This document shows positions 29,638-40,181 of a DNA stretch of 64,000 nt, in pieces; within the stretch, counting starts at the first letter, position 1, and every line of letters starts with the position of its first letter. The stretch lies in the NCBI GenBank assembly GCA_964605155.1, contig CAZSAK010000012.1, forward strand, positions 16,746 to 80,745. Direction: 5' to 3'. The translations under genes and the position numbers were made by a program. The DNA comes from an uncultured Chromatiaceae bacterium. GTDB taxonomy: Bacteria; Pseudomonadota; Gammaproteobacteria; SZUA-140. The notes under the pieces are model-generated. The model saw only the letters and a program-made list of their open reading frames with translations. It did not search any database and was not told where the DNA came from.

Positions 29638-30336
29638 TTAACACGCGGCTTCAAGATGTCCGACCCCATTGTAGCGCATGGTCAATTCCCGCCACATGTC
29701 CGCAGCCGGTGAAGAGGTATCGGCCTTAACGTCGATCCAGAACTCGGTGGTCACTTTAAACCTGTCTACGACAATCGGAGTGTATCCCATGGATTCAAAC
29801 TGTGCTTGACGGCGTTTTGCCCTGGGTTCCTCGCTGAATACACCAAGTGAAACCGTGTAGCGGCCATCATCCAGATGGATAACGGCAATATCCGAAATGC
29901 GCCTGGCTGTTAGCTCATCCACAGTATCCTGGACCCAAGACAATCGATTTTCGATTGCCAGTCGGACCCAATAACCGGTGTGTATTCTGTGATCCGTCTT
30001 TCTGATCGTAGTCTCCGCATCAGCCTCACGCAGGAGAGACGCCGCCTCATTGGCAATGGACATTTCCTTAAACGGTCCGACTGTATAACATTCGAATGTA
30101 ATTACCGGCGCCGTCTGCTGAGGTGGTACTTGCACGGGAACCTGGGCATTATCATGCAACTGCCGGGATGGATCCACTTGCTGGCTTTCAAGCTCATTGG
30201 CCAGTACCAGGCGATCAACGGAGTCATCAACCCTCAGTTCTTTCTTCTGCCTATCGAAAACATGTTCCTGTTGTAAATAATGCCAGGCAAAAAAAGCCAC
30301 GTTCAGCAATAGCAAAGACAAAAACAGTAATCTCAA
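29638..30336 (-). CDS. Membrane-anchored protein downstream of coaX, possibly SPOR-domain
   Basis: An N-terminal TM helix is present. The C-terminal approximately 80 aa resemble a sporulation-related repeat. It overlaps the coaX stop codon by 4 nt. Confidence 0.45.
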   Translation of the reverse strand: MRLLFLSLLLLNVAFFAWHYLQQEHVFDRQKKELRVDDSVDRLVLANELESQQVDPSRQLHDNAQVPVQVPPQQTAPVITFECYTVGPFKEMSIANEAASLLREADAETTIRKTDHRIHTGYWVRLAIENRLSWVQDTVDELTARRISDIAVIHLDDGRYTVSLGVFSEEPRAKRRQAQFESMGYTPIVVDRFKVTTEFWIDVKADTSSPAADMWRELTMRYNGVGHLEAAC

Positions 30337-31091
30337 CCGCCCGAACCTGCCATCACAGCCAGACCTTTCAGCACAAGATCCGGCTCATGTATATATGATT
30401 TCCGTAACAAGGGGATCAGCACCGCCGCGTCTCCTCCGGTTATAATACTGGTGATCTCGTCGTCGTCCATGATTAGGCTCATGTCATCGGCCACACGATC
30501 TATCAAGGCGATGCAGGCATAAAGTGCGCCGCCATGCACGGCTCCAGCCGTATCATCCGGCAGGATTGAGCTGCCATGATCACACGTCGGGGTGATTTTA
30601 GCACCGATTCCCGCGGTTCCTTCCAGCAACGCCGTTTGCATCATTGAAAACCCGGGGATGATGAGCCCGCCCTGATGCTGTCCATCGGCCGCAAGAAAAT
30701 CCAGCGTCAACGCAGTACCGCAATCAACTACACACAGAGCGCCGCTGTATTCATGTCGCGCGGCGATCAATGTCGCCCAGCGATCAACACCCAACCTGTC
30801 AGGATCGGGATAGGCGTTGATAACGCCGAATTCTGTTTGTGAAGACCTTGCATATTCGACGGTTATATCCCATTTCATCTTCACCTGGCGGTCGAATTCG
30901 CCGATAAAATCTTCACCGAGAACGTTCGCGACCAGGATCCTGTCCGGAACCGGAATATCACCCCATGTATTTTCCACCAGCGACTGCAGATTATCCTTGT
31001 CATATGCGATGGCGCCGCCGCGCGCCAGTCTTCCATTCGCCAGGGTGGCCCATTTAATCCGGCTGTTACCGGCATCCAGTAATAGAATCAC
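30333..31091 (-). CDS. coaX: Type III pantothenate kinase
   Basis: The N-terminus MILLLDAGNSRIKWA matches CoaX and the C-terminal motif GGDA is present. 252 aa. Confidence 0.88.
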   Translation of the reverse strand: MILLLDAGNSRIKWATLANGRLARGGAIAYDKDNLQSLVENTWGDIPVPDRILVANVLGEDFIGEFDRQVKMKWDITVEYARSSQTEFGVINAYPDPDRLGVDRWATLIAARHEYSGALCVVDCGTALTLDFLAADGQHQGGLIIPGFSMMQTALLEGTAGIGAKITPTCDHGSSILPDDTAGAVHGGALYACIALIDRVADDMSLIMDDDEITSIITGGDAAVLIPLLRKSYIHEPDLVLKGLAVMAGSGG

Positions 31092-31129
31092 AACGGCACG
31101 CCGTAATTGTCTGCAGGTAATTTCAAGAT

Positions 31130-32107
31130 TTATTCCATCACCTGCAGACTGATCTCGCCGGATAAAAAGCGGTGCATTTGATCATTGCTTTTAACGACCA
31201 GGGCCCCGCTTTCATCGATTCCATGACCGACGCCGTGCAATACATTTTCGTGTAACAGGACTGTGACATTTCTGCCCGTCACAACATCATACTTGCGCCA
31301 TTCATCAAGATAGGGAGACAGGCCTGATATTTCAAAATCGGTCAATACCTGCTGTATATGTTGGATCAATAGAGCACTGGCGTCATTTCTTGAAATAGTC
31401 CTACCAAGGATGGTATGTAGATCCGTCCAAGGCTGGTCCAATACCCCGGACAGACACCCGGACATATCTACATTAACGCCGATACCAACAACAACACTGC
31501 AATGGCTTGAGGATGCACCCGTCATTTCCAGCAGGATGCCGCCAACCTTGGCCTGTTTCCAAACCAGGTCGTTTGGCCATTTAAGTCCCAAGCCATCACA
31601 ACCGATCTCATTCAGTGCCCGTATCACTCCAACACCCACAGCCAGACCCAATCCGGCAAGTGCATCTGGACCCGCTGAAAATCGCCATAGCAGTGAGAGA
31701 TAGATATTACGGGCATAAGGAGAAAACCATCTTCGGCCATGACGACCTCGACCTTCATGCTGGCGCTCTGCCATGCAGACAACGCCGGAGGTACTGCCAG
31801 AGAATGCCTTATGCATCAGATAATCGTTGGTCGAACCGATCTCGTCAAAGATATCGAATTCATGTATCAATGATCTGGCATCATCGCTGATCACGTGCAG
31901 GATGCGCTCAGTCGATAATAATTCTAGCTGGCGGGGCAGTTGATAACCCCTGCCCCGCACAGCGTGAATATCGATACCAAGCCCGGCAAATCCCGCTATA
32001 TGTTTCCACACTGCGCTACGGCTGATCCCCAGGGCAGCGCCCAGCGCACTGCCGGAGTGGAATCTTCCATCAGCCAGAAGTCTCAGCAAGTTAAAACGTT
32101 GTTGCAT
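31130..32107 (-). CDS. birA: Bifunctional biotin--[acetyl-CoA-carboxylase] ligase / biotin operon repressor
   Basis: It has an N-terminal helix-turn-helix and the biotin-ligase motif RGRHGRRW, and is 325 aa. It is adjacent to coaX, as in many proteobacteria. Confidence 0.85.
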   Translation of the reverse strand: MQQRFNLLRLLADGRFHSGSALGAALGISRSAVWKHIAGFAGLGIDIHAVRGRGYQLPRQLELLSTERILHVISDDARSLIHEFDIFDEIGSTNDYLMHKAFSGSTSGVVCMAERQHEGRGRHGRRWFSPYARNIYLSLLWRFSAGPDALAGLGLAVGVGVIRALNEIGCDGLGLKWPNDLVWKQAKVGGILLEMTGASSSHCSVVVGIGVNVDMSGCLSGVLDQPWTDLHTILGRTISRNDASALLIQHIQQVLTDFEISGLSPYLDEWRKYDVVTGRNVTVLLHENVLHGVGHGIDESGALVVKSNDQMHRFLSGEISLQVME

Positions 32108-32698
32108 CTGTCATCATGTTACTGACGAAAAATGGTAGTTAACGCAACCATAGGAGATAATTATACAATCCGAATCAGGCTGGAGGGGTATATATATCAG
32201 ACACTCGATCTGAAAAAAAAACCGGCTACCCGCTGTCTGCGAGGAAGCCGGTATTAATAATGATATGATTAAAATCACTATGGGTCATCATGCCCCGTTC
32301 GAGGCAATCGAACCCCAAGTAACTAATCAAGTGGATAACAATTGTATAAATTATGATTGTTATGCCGTCAGCACATGGCATCCCGACGGTCTTGAACCCA
32401 CACTACACATTGAGTGGGATTAGAAAACCGAATAGCATTAATCAAGGTTCTGAACTTGTTTAATGTAGGGTCTACTAACGCGCGTATAATAACCGTAAGG
32501 GGTCTATCTGCTCAAGTCAGCAGAGGTTGTGGATAAGTCATTAATAAAAATTTAAATAATTTAAATCAAACAGTTAATGATAAAAGTCACCGGATATTTA
32601 TTTTCCAGCACGCGAATTTCAAGCGTCAAAAAATCTTCTCACAACAACTATATGCCCCTTAACGCATCCTGTTTTCAGTCCGATACCGGTTGCAGCAG

Positions 32699-33709
32699 TC
32701 AATGAAAAGACTGCGGGTTGTCCTGTTGGTCCATTACTCCCTGATGCCACCCGAGGATCTCGATAACTATGAGGATCCCCGCATGGACACCTATATAACC
32801 GAATTTGATGTGCTAACGACGCTTGAAGAACTGGGCCATGAGGTCAAGTTGGTGGGCATGTATGACGACCTGGCCCCGATACGAAACGCCATAGAGGAAT
32901 GGCAACCGGATATCGTTTTCAATCTGCTCGAGGAATTTGCCGGCAATCCCGCCTTTGACTATTACGTGGTCAGTTATCTGGAGATGATGAACGTTCCCTA
33001 TACAGGGTGTAATCCGCGCGGGCTCCTGCTCGCCAGGGACAAGGCCCTGTCCAAGAAACTGTTATCGTATCATCACATCAATGTCCCCGACTTCACCGTC
33101 TTTCCCAGGGACCGGTCACTCAGGAAAAGCCGGCGCAGGCAATATCCGATGATCGTCAAATCCCTGATGGAAGAAGGATCGGTCGGCATTGCCCAGGCTT
33201 CCTATGTCGAAAATGACCAACAGCTGGAAGAACGGGTGGCACTGATTCACGAAAAGACTCAGGGTGACGCCATAGCGGAACAGTATATCGATGGTCGCGA
33301 GTTATACGTTGCAGTACTCGGCAATATAAAATTGACTGTCTTTCCTATCCGGGAACTGACATTCCGCAATACCGTTAACGGCATACAGCGCATGGCGACC
33401 TACAAGGTCAAATGGGATTACAAATACCGTGACCGCTGGGGCATCGATTATCAATATGCCAGAAACCTGCCGAATGGGACGGCAGAACGCATAACAAGAC
33501 TTTGTAAATGTGCTTACAAGATACTGGATTTGAATGGCTATGCCCGGTTTGATCTGCGCCTGGGCAAGGATGGAAAGATTTATATGATCGAGGCAAATCC
33601 GAATCCCGCCATTGCACATAATGACGAATACTCCTTCGCAGCGGATAAAGCCGGGCTTGATTACCACAGCCTGATCCAGAGGATCATCAATCTGGGACTC
33701 AGGGCTTGA
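32699..33709 (+). CDS. D-alanine--D-alanine ligase-family ATP-grasp protein
   Basis: It has a Ddl-like N-domain and ATP-grasp C-terminal motifs (GYARFDLRL...IYMIEANPNP). The start was chosen at MKRLRVV. Confidence 0.65.
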   Translation, partial: SMKRLRVVLLVHYSLMPPEDLDNYEDPRMDTYITEFDVLTTLEELGHEVKLVGMYDDLAPIRNAIEEWQPDIVFNLLEEFAGNPAFDYYVVSYLEMMNVPYTGCNPRGLLLARDKALSKKLLSYHHINVPDFTVFPRDRSLRKSRRRQYPMIVKSLMEEGSVGIAQASYVENDQQLEERVALIHEKTQGDAIAEQYIDGRELYVAVLGNIKLTVFPIRELTFRNTVNGIQRMATYKVKWDYKYRDRWGIDYQYARNLPNGTAERITRLCKCAYKILDLNGYARFDLRLGKDGKIYMIEANPNPAIAHNDEYSFAADKAGLDYHSLIQRIINLGLRA

Positions 33710-34171
33710 TCAGATTACAGAGGAAGACTTGTTACTGTTTATCAGTCTCTGGGCAAGGATTGCACACAGGTTTTTAAGTATTTTTGCCACGATGGAGGGA
33801 TTCTGTCCCAACAGGAAATCGAAACGTTCCTTGCTGATCTCCAGTAAAATGGCATTGTCCTTGACTCTGGCGGTCGCTGTCCTCTGAACCTGACTGATCA
33901 CCCCGATTTCCCCGAATATGTCACCGGGCTGCATGACACATACGACCCCGCCTTTTTGGGTACGTATTTCGACCTGCCCGGACAACAGGATAAACATTTT
34001 GTCGCTGGCATCACCCTCGTTAAAGACCGTCACATTTTTTTCATAGTGACATATCTGTGAGATGGCCAGGATGTGATCATACTCATCATCCAGCAAGCCC
34101 CTGAATACCGGAAGCTTTTTCAGCGTGTTGATGGCACGGCTGCGTGATATCTGCTGTTCAAATACTCCCAC
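33710..34171 (-). CDS. Cyclic-nucleotide-binding domain protein
   Basis: The cNMP-binding signature GDIFGEIGVI...RTATARV is present. 153 aa. Confidence 0.75.
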   Translation of the reverse strand: MGVFEQQISRSRAINTLKKLPVFRGLLDDEYDHILAISQICHYEKNVTVFNEGDASDKMFILLSGQVEIRTQKGGVVCVMQPGDIFGEIGVISQVQRTATARVKDNAILLEISKERFDFLLGQNPSIVAKILKNLCAILAQRLINSNKSSSVI

Positions 34172-34280
34172 TCAAGGGCCTCTTCATGGATTGATTGTTA
34201 TAGCTGTATCGGTAAATTATTCAATTTTTTCAATCCAAGCTTGAATTTCATCACATTCTGAAAACGGTGTTGCAATGAAT

Positions 34281-34718
34281 CTACGGGTTCTCGCCGGCAT
34301 CGTTGTTCTTTCTCTTTTCAGTGTAATGCATGATATCGGTCTGCTTGGGCATCTGGATATCGCCGTCATGCACCGCACCTTCAGCGATAGCTATCGCCGG
34401 ACTGCGGATACTGCCGACAACCCGTGCTGTTGATGAAAGTTCGAGCTTGTTTTGTGCCGTGATATTTCCCCTGACCATGCCGGATATCACGATATTGTAG
34501 GCGGTTATATTCCCCTCCCAGCATCCCGTTGCGCCCAGCACCAGGGAGCCATCCAGATGACATTCCCCCTCCACCTTGCCGTAAACAATACAGTTGTCAT
34601 TGCCGGCGAGCTTACCGGTGATGTTCAACGTCTCACCGACAAGCGACGAAAACTGGCTGGTATCATCCAGAATACGGCGTTTCTTTTCTTCTTGGCCTTT
34701 CATAAGTGTTCCCGTCAC
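34281..34718 (-). CDS. Bactofilin (polymer-forming cytoskeletal protein)
   Basis: It has the repetitive beta-helical pattern LNITGKL...IVYGKVEG...LDGSLVLG...ITAYNIVISGMVRGNITA typical of DUF583. Confidence 0.75.
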   Translation of the reverse strand: MTGTLMKGQEEKKRRILDDTSQFSSLVGETLNITGKLAGNDNCIVYGKVEGECHLDGSLVLGATGCWEGNITAYNIVISGMVRGNITAQNKLELSSTARVVGSIRSPAIAIAEGAVHDGDIQMPKQTDIMHYTEKRKNNDAGENP

Positions 34719-35002
34719 CTGTCACATCTACACAGTGTGTGCCACACCAGATTCAATAGCTTCCTCCCTGGATGGCTCCTGACATCCTTGCTTGTCGCTG
34801 AATAAGTGATTGTAATTTATATCATTAGAAACGGCTTTCAACAAATCGAATGCAGCGGCTATCGCAGGTGGGTTCAAATACTGTCATTCCCGCCCCCCGG
34901 ATTGCCAATCCCGAGGCTATCTATCCATAAAGAATCAAACACATAGACCGATAAGGAGAATACGACGATTCAGCGGGATGTCCATCACGGATTTATACAG
35001 AG

Positions 35003-36799
35003 ATGAAAGTTGACGCATTCAAACCGGCCATCATCATGTTGTGCCTGTTCATGTACCAGCATGCAACATGTGCAGCGCCCGCTCAACATGAGCCGGTCAG
35101 TGACATCAGGATCCTGATCGATGTCTCAGGCAGCATGAAATGGAATGATCCCGGGAATCTACGCTCACCCGCCCTGCGGCTCGTCACAGGCCTGCTTCCC
35201 AAAGGCACCTGGTCCGGTGTATGGACCTTCGGAAAATTCGTCAACATGCTGGTTCCTTACCAGGAAGTGGACGAGGATTGGAAGGAGCACGCCAGACAGG
35301 CGGCGGCGCAACTGCATTCGAAGGGTCTATTCACCAATATTGAAGACACATTGAACAAGGCGACATGGGACTGGAATGAGCCCGCCAACAACACTGAACG
35401 AAGCATCATTCTGCTGACCGACGGATTGGTTGACATCTCCAAGGATACAGCGGAAAACAACCGTTCGCGTTCCCGTATCCTGGATGAGATCCTGCCGAGA
35501 TTACAGCAATCACAAGTAACGATTTATACCATCGCACTCTCGGGCGAGGCCGATAACGTGTTGCTGCAACAACTGGCCGCGGCAACGAATGGCTGGTATG
35601 AAAAGGCGGACACCGCAGAGACTCTGGATCGGATCTTTTTCCGCATGTTCGAAAAGGCAGCAAACCCGGAAACACTTCCGATGGTGGATAATAATGTGCT
35701 CGTTGACGACAGCATCGAGGAAGTGACGATGCTGGTATTCCGCAAGGACGATGCGAGCCAGTCACAGATCGTGGCACCCGATAAGCGGGTATTCGGAGAA
35801 GACACAGCCCCCGACAACGTCAGCTGGCATCATGAACAACGCTACGACCTGATTACAATCAAAAATCCCATGGGCGGTACCTGGCATGTCAATGCCGAGG
35901 TCGATCCTGATAACCGCGTGATGGTCGTCACCAATCTGAAGATGCTAACCACTTCACTACCAAACAATATCAGCACGGGTGATGAATACACACTCAATAT
36001 CAGTCTGACACAGGAGGGCAAGATCATCGAAAAAAAGGAATTCCTGCATTTTATCAGGGCCACACTCACACAACAGACCAAGGACAGGAAATGGGAGTGG
36101 ATGCTGCTTGACAACGGCCGTGATGAGGACGAGGTCCCGGGCGACGGTATCTATACTGTCCATCTCGACAAGACACTGACGGAAGGCGAACACACACTGA
36201 CCGTAAATGTCGACGGTACGACATTCAAGCGCGTCCATAGGCAGATTGTCAACATTTATGACAGCCCGGTAATGACTGCAATCACGCCGACTACGGATGG
36301 TTTTTCGCTTTCCGTTACACCACGTGCTGGCATGATCGATCCGGACAGCATGACTATCCACGCAATAATTACCGGCAAGGAGGGCGCCAGACACGCAATG
36401 GAAGTCCCGAGAATCAACAGCAACGAATGGCGCCTGTCGCTGGCTGATTTTTCGCAGCATAATCGCAATAGCGCTGAAATCGAGATCAGCGGTGTGCGGC
36501 CCAGCGGCAAACCCGTAAGCAGGCATATCGGACCTCTGTATTTTGGTGAGGCAAGCGATCCCGCCGTCGAAAAAGTGGCTGGGCAAGCTACAGAAACCCC
36601 GGCTTCTCACGATAACAGTAGTGATGCAAGGGAAACCGAGGTAAAAGAAATGGATGTTTCGATAAACTGGCCGTCTGTTTCCATACAGGTGCTGGTATTC
36701 AACCTGTTATTCGCCGCCGTGATCTTCTTCGGATTAAGGCTTTGGCGCAAGAACTCGATCCCGCCCGCAACTCCATGGAGTGACCTGGTCCATGAATAG
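35003..36799 (+). CDS. Secreted von Willebrand factor A domain protein with a C-terminal TM anchor
   Basis: It has a signal peptide and the MIDAS motif DVSGSMK. A hydrophobic segment lies near the C-terminus. Confidence 0.75.
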   Translation: MKVDAFKPAIIMLCLFMYQHATCAAPAQHEPVSDIRILIDVSGSMKWNDPGNLRSPALRLVTGLLPKGTWSGVWTFGKFVNMLVPYQEVDEDWKEHARQAAAQLHSKGLFTNIEDTLNKATWDWNEPANNTERSIILLTDGLVDISKDTAENNRSRSRILDEILPRLQQSQVTIYTIALSGEADNVLLQQLAAATNGWYEKADTAETLDRIFFRMFEKAANPETLPMVDNNVLVDDSIEEVTMLVFRKDDASQSQIVAPDKRVFGEDTAPDNVSWHHEQRYDLITIKNPMGGTWHVNAEVDPDNRVMVVTNLKMLTTSLPNNISTGDEYTLNISLTQEGKIIEKKEFLHFIRATLTQQTKDRKWEWMLLDNGRDEDEVPGDGIYTVHLDKTLTEGEHTLTVNVDGTTFKRVHRQIVNIYDSPVMTAITPTTDGFSLSVTPRAGMIDPDSMTIHAIITGKEGARHAMEVPRINSNEWRLSLADFSQHNRNSAEIEISGVRPSGKPVSRHIGPLYFGEASDPAVEKVAGQATETPASHDNSSDARETEVKEMDVSINWPSVSIQVLVFNLLFAAVIFFGLRLWRKNSIPPATPWSDLVHE

Positions 36800-37880
36800 T
36801 TTCTACCCCGCTACCGCCATTATACTTGCGGAAATCTGTGCTGCCTTGCTGGTGATGAACGGCAGCATGTTATTCATGATCATACGTAACAAACGCCGTA
36901 CCCGACGAGCACTGACGCAACTGACCGAGCGCTTGAAACAAAACGAATCCGATCGGCTTGTCTCGCTCAAGACAATACTCAAGGACGTCTGCCACTACTC
37001 TGAAGACAGGATCAATGAAGCATCAGCCGGTCTGATCAAGACCGAACTGGCCTTTTATCAGGCATTGATGAACGCCGTCTCATCAGGAAACACGGAATCA
37101 CTGGAAGACCTTGGCCTCAAAACGCATTCGCTTATCGACGCCTACAGTAATATGGTGCCTCAGACAGGTGCGTCCGCAGGTGATAATACACAAATGCAAG
37201 ATGCCGACGGTGCCGTCAGCGAACTGAAGACGGAGATGGCGCAACTCAGGCATGAAAATGAACGGCTTTCCACGGAGATGAATGCGATTAAGGCTGAAAT
37301 GGATGAAACCAACTCCGAGTTCACCCGTACCTTCACCAAAGGGGGCAATGAGGAAACGGATACGACTCAGAGTGACGATCAAACAACTGCTGAAGATGTC
37401 GGGATGCAGGATACGCAAACAGCAGAGGCACAAACAGCGCCGGCGCAGCCCCCTGAAGAGATAAGCACCGAGTCAGCGGTTGCCTCGGAAGGGCATGCGG
37501 CAACTTTGAAGGAAAAGGAAGGCAAGGATGATCAAATTAATGCTTCGGTTGACACGGCGGCGAGCAGGAAAGACGCCTCGTTGCACAATGAGCCCACAAT
37601 AAATGTAGATAATGAGGCTCATGAAGATGATGACGATATCCTGGATAAATCTGATATCGAACTTGAAGAAATCAATCCTGATGAAGACAACAACGCCGAA
37701 GACAAGAACGGGATGGTGTCTGACGGGAGCCCGGATCCTGAGTCTGGTATCAGACCGGGAGACAACGCAACCCAAAATACATCCGTTGACAAAGCAGAGA
37801 AAGAAGCATCAGATCACCCGGTTGCCAAAAATACTCAGGACAAGGAAAAGACTGCATCGGTAAAGGCTGAAACCGTATAA
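36780..37880 (+). CDS. Membrane-anchored coiled-coil protein with a long acidic low-complexity tail
   Basis: It has an N-terminal TM helix and a coiled-coil segment (LKTEMAQLRHENERLSTEMNAIKAEMDE). The last roughly 180 aa are rich in D, E, T and Q. It overlaps the VWA gene by 20 nt. Confidence 0.55.
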   Translation: MTWSMNSFYPATAIILAEICAALLVMNGSMLFMIIRNKRRTRRALTQLTERLKQNESDRLVSLKTILKDVCHYSEDRINEASAGLIKTELAFYQALMNAVSSGNTESLEDLGLKTHSLIDAYSNMVPQTGASAGDNTQMQDADGAVSELKTEMAQLRHENERLSTEMNAIKAEMDETNSEFTRTFTKGGNEETDTTQSDDQTTAEDVGMQDTQTAEAQTAPAQPPEEISTESAVASEGHAATLKEKEGKDDQINASVDTAASRKDASLHNEPTINVDNEAHEDDDDILDKSDIELEEINPDEDNNAEDKNGMVSDGSPDPESGIRPGDNATQNTSVDKAEKEASDHPVAKNTQDKEKTASVKAETV

Positions 37881-37994
37881 CATACTGGTCTTTACCATTA
37901 CCATCGGCCTGCCTGCTTAGCTGACCGACCGACGGCCCAAACTCCGAATAACGGCAGCACACATGACGACCCGGGGGAACGTGATGTAAACTGC

Positions 37995-39389
37995 ATGTCC
38001 ATGGCTCGTCTTCGCTTATCCGATTCCATAATAAAGAACAATGCCGATCTGATTCGTGATGATCTGCGTGTTTTGTGGCACCCGTGCACCCAGATGAAGG
38101 ACCATGAAACTCAGCCGCCGATCCCTGTCAAGCAAGGTGACGGCATTTGGCTGGAAGACTTTGATGGCAAACGCTATCTCGATGCCATCAGTTCATGGTG
38201 GGTAAACCTCTTCGGCCACAAGAATCCCCGCATCAACGCCGCCCTGCATGAACAGATAGAAACCCTGGAACATGTCATTCTTGCCGGTTTTACCCATACA
38301 CCTGTCGTTGAACTGTCACAACGGCTGGTTGAAATTACTCCGCCCGGCCTGGAACGCTGTTTTTACGCCGACAATGGCTCATCTGCAATCGAGGTCGCGC
38401 TCAAGATGAGTTATCACTACTGGCAGAACACTGGTCATACAAACAAGACGAAATTCATCACCCTGACCAACAGTTATCATGGTGAAACACTTGGCGCCCT
38501 GGCCGTCGGTAACGTGGGACTGTATAAATCCATATATGCACCGCTGTTGATGGACACCATCGATGTGCCATCGCCGGATTGTTTCAATCGGGAAACAGGC
38601 GAGAGCTGTGCAGCATATTCTAGCCGGATGTTCCAGGCCATGGAAGATACTCTCGAGCGGACACACCGGCAGGTATGTGCCGTCATCGTGGAACCTTTGG
38701 TGCAATGCGCGGGTAATATGCGGATGTACGATCCCGTCTACCTCAAACTGTTACGTGATGCATGCAATCACTATGACGTACACCTGATCGCCGATGAAAT
38801 CGCCGTTGGGTTCGGCCGCACGGGCAGCTTGTTTGCCTGTGAACAGGCCGGTATCAGCCCGGATTTCATGTGCCTGTCCAAGGGGCTCACCGGCGGCTAC
38901 CTGCCCCTCTCCGTGACATTGACGACAGATGATGTATACCAGGCTTTTTACGATGATTATCAAAGTCTCAAGGCTTTCCTTCATTCACATAGCTATACCG
39001 GCAACCCGATCAGCTGTCGTGCCGCCCTTGCATCACTGGATATCTTTCATGAAGACAACGTGATCGAGAACAATCGCGCTCTGTCGCAGCTGATGTATGA
39101 GGTCACGGCGGATCTTGCCGATCACAACCATGTCGCCGAAGTACGTCAACACGGCATGATCCTCGCAATCGAGATGATCAAGAACAAGCACAGGCGTGAG
39201 CCCTATCCGTGGCAGGAACGGCGCGGCATGCATGTATACCGCCATGCCCTTCAAAGAGGCGTATTGTTACGCCCCTTGGGCAACGTGGTCTATTTTATGC
39301 CCCCCTACATCATCTCGCCCGAACAGATCAGGTATATCGCACAGGTCGCGCGAGAAGGTATTGAACTGGCCACCGAGCGGTCCGTATGA
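37995..39389 (+). CDS. bioA: Adenosylmethionine-8-amino-7-oxononanoate aminotransferase
   Basis: It is a class III aminotransferase. The PLP-lysine region DEIAVGFGRTGSLFACE...SKGLTGGYLPLS is present. 464 aa. Confidence 0.85.
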   Translation: MSMARLRLSDSIIKNNADLIRDDLRVLWHPCTQMKDHETQPPIPVKQGDGIWLEDFDGKRYLDAISSWWVNLFGHKNPRINAALHEQIETLEHVILAGFTHTPVVELSQRLVEITPPGLERCFYADNGSSAIEVALKMSYHYWQNTGHTNKTKFITLTNSYHGETLGALAVGNVGLYKSIYAPLLMDTIDVPSPDCFNRETGESCAAYSSRMFQAMEDTLERTHRQVCAVIVEPLVQCAGNMRMYDPVYLKLLRDACNHYDVHLIADEIAVGFGRTGSLFACEQAGISPDFMCLSKGLTGGYLPLSVTLTTDDVYQAFYDDYQSLKAFLHSHSYTGNPISCRAALASLDIFHEDNVIENNRALSQLMYEVTADLADHNHVAEVRQHGMILAIEMIKNKHRREPYPWQERRGMHVYRHALQRGVLLRPLGNVVYFMPPYIISPEQIRYIAQVAREGIELATERSV

Positions 39390-39392
39390 AAC

Positions 39393-40151
39393 ATGCGCAT
39401 ACCACGGATATACACAGACTCTGACATCGCTCAGGGGATGCGTCTCAGGCTCGATAAATCCGCCGCCAATCATCTGGTACGGGTGCTGCGTCTCAAATCG
39501 GGCGCACAGCTGGTAGTATTCAATGGTCGTGGCGGGCATTTTCAGTCAGTGATAGATGACATTCACAATGGTGATGTCAGCGTCGTGATAGGCAAATACA
39601 CCCCTGATGAAACGGAGTCACCACTCAATATCATCCTGGCGCAAGGTATATCACGTGGTGAACGCATGGACTATACGATTCAGAAATCTGTCGAACTAGG
39701 TGTAAATACCATCATGCCACTGCTGACCGAGCGTTGTGGAGTTAAACTGGGTAAAGACCGGGCAGAAAAAAGATTGCGCCACTGGCGGGGTGTCATCGCT
39801 GCTGCCTGCGAACAATGCGGCCGCGATACCATACCCGATATACTGCCCGTGACCTTATTGCATAACTGGCTACAACAGCAATCCGGCGGTCATATCGGTA
39901 ATCAATCTATGACGCCTCTCAAGGTGGTGCTGGATTATCAAAGCAGCGACACATTGAAACAACACCCCAAACCGGATGGTCCGATTATCCTGCTGATCGG
40001 ACCCGAGGGGGGATTGACCGATGATGAGTTACAGTCGGCATATCACGCGGGATATACAGGTATCAGGCTTGGACCACGCATCCTGAGAACCGAAACGGCA
40101 GGTATCGCTGCAGTCACTACCTTGCAGGCGTTATGGGGAGACCTGGCCTGA
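39393..40151 (+). CDS. rsmE: 16S rRNA (uracil1498-N3)-methyltransferase
   Basis: The N-terminus is RsmE-like (MRIPRIY...HL.RVLRL) and a C-terminal SPOUT fold is present. 252 aa. Confidence 0.8.
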   Translation: MRIPRIYTDSDIAQGMRLRLDKSAANHLVRVLRLKSGAQLVVFNGRGGHFQSVIDDIHNGDVSVVIGKYTPDETESPLNIILAQGISRGERMDYTIQKSVELGVNTIMPLLTERCGVKLGKDRAEKRLRHWRGVIAAACEQCGRDTIPDILPVTLLHNWLQQQSGGHIGNQSMTPLKVVLDYQSSDTLKQHPKPDGPIILLIGPEGGLTDDELQSAYHAGYTGIRLGPRILRTETAGIAAVTTLQALWGDLA

Positions 40152-40181
40152 AGCCATCAATTACGAGGTTGATCTTTCCTG

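Noticed and set aside
32108-32698. An approximately 590-bp AT-rich non-coding gap between birA and the Ddl-like gene, considered as a possible CRISPR array, repeat array or mobile-element scar
   Set aside because: No direct repeats with regular spacing are present. There are no inverted terminal repeats and no integrase or transposase nearby. It is most likely divergent promoter DNA.
35957-36610. A 217-aa minus-strand ORF
   Set aside because: It is antisense to the VWA-domain gene. It is Cys/Arg-rich junk with no signal.
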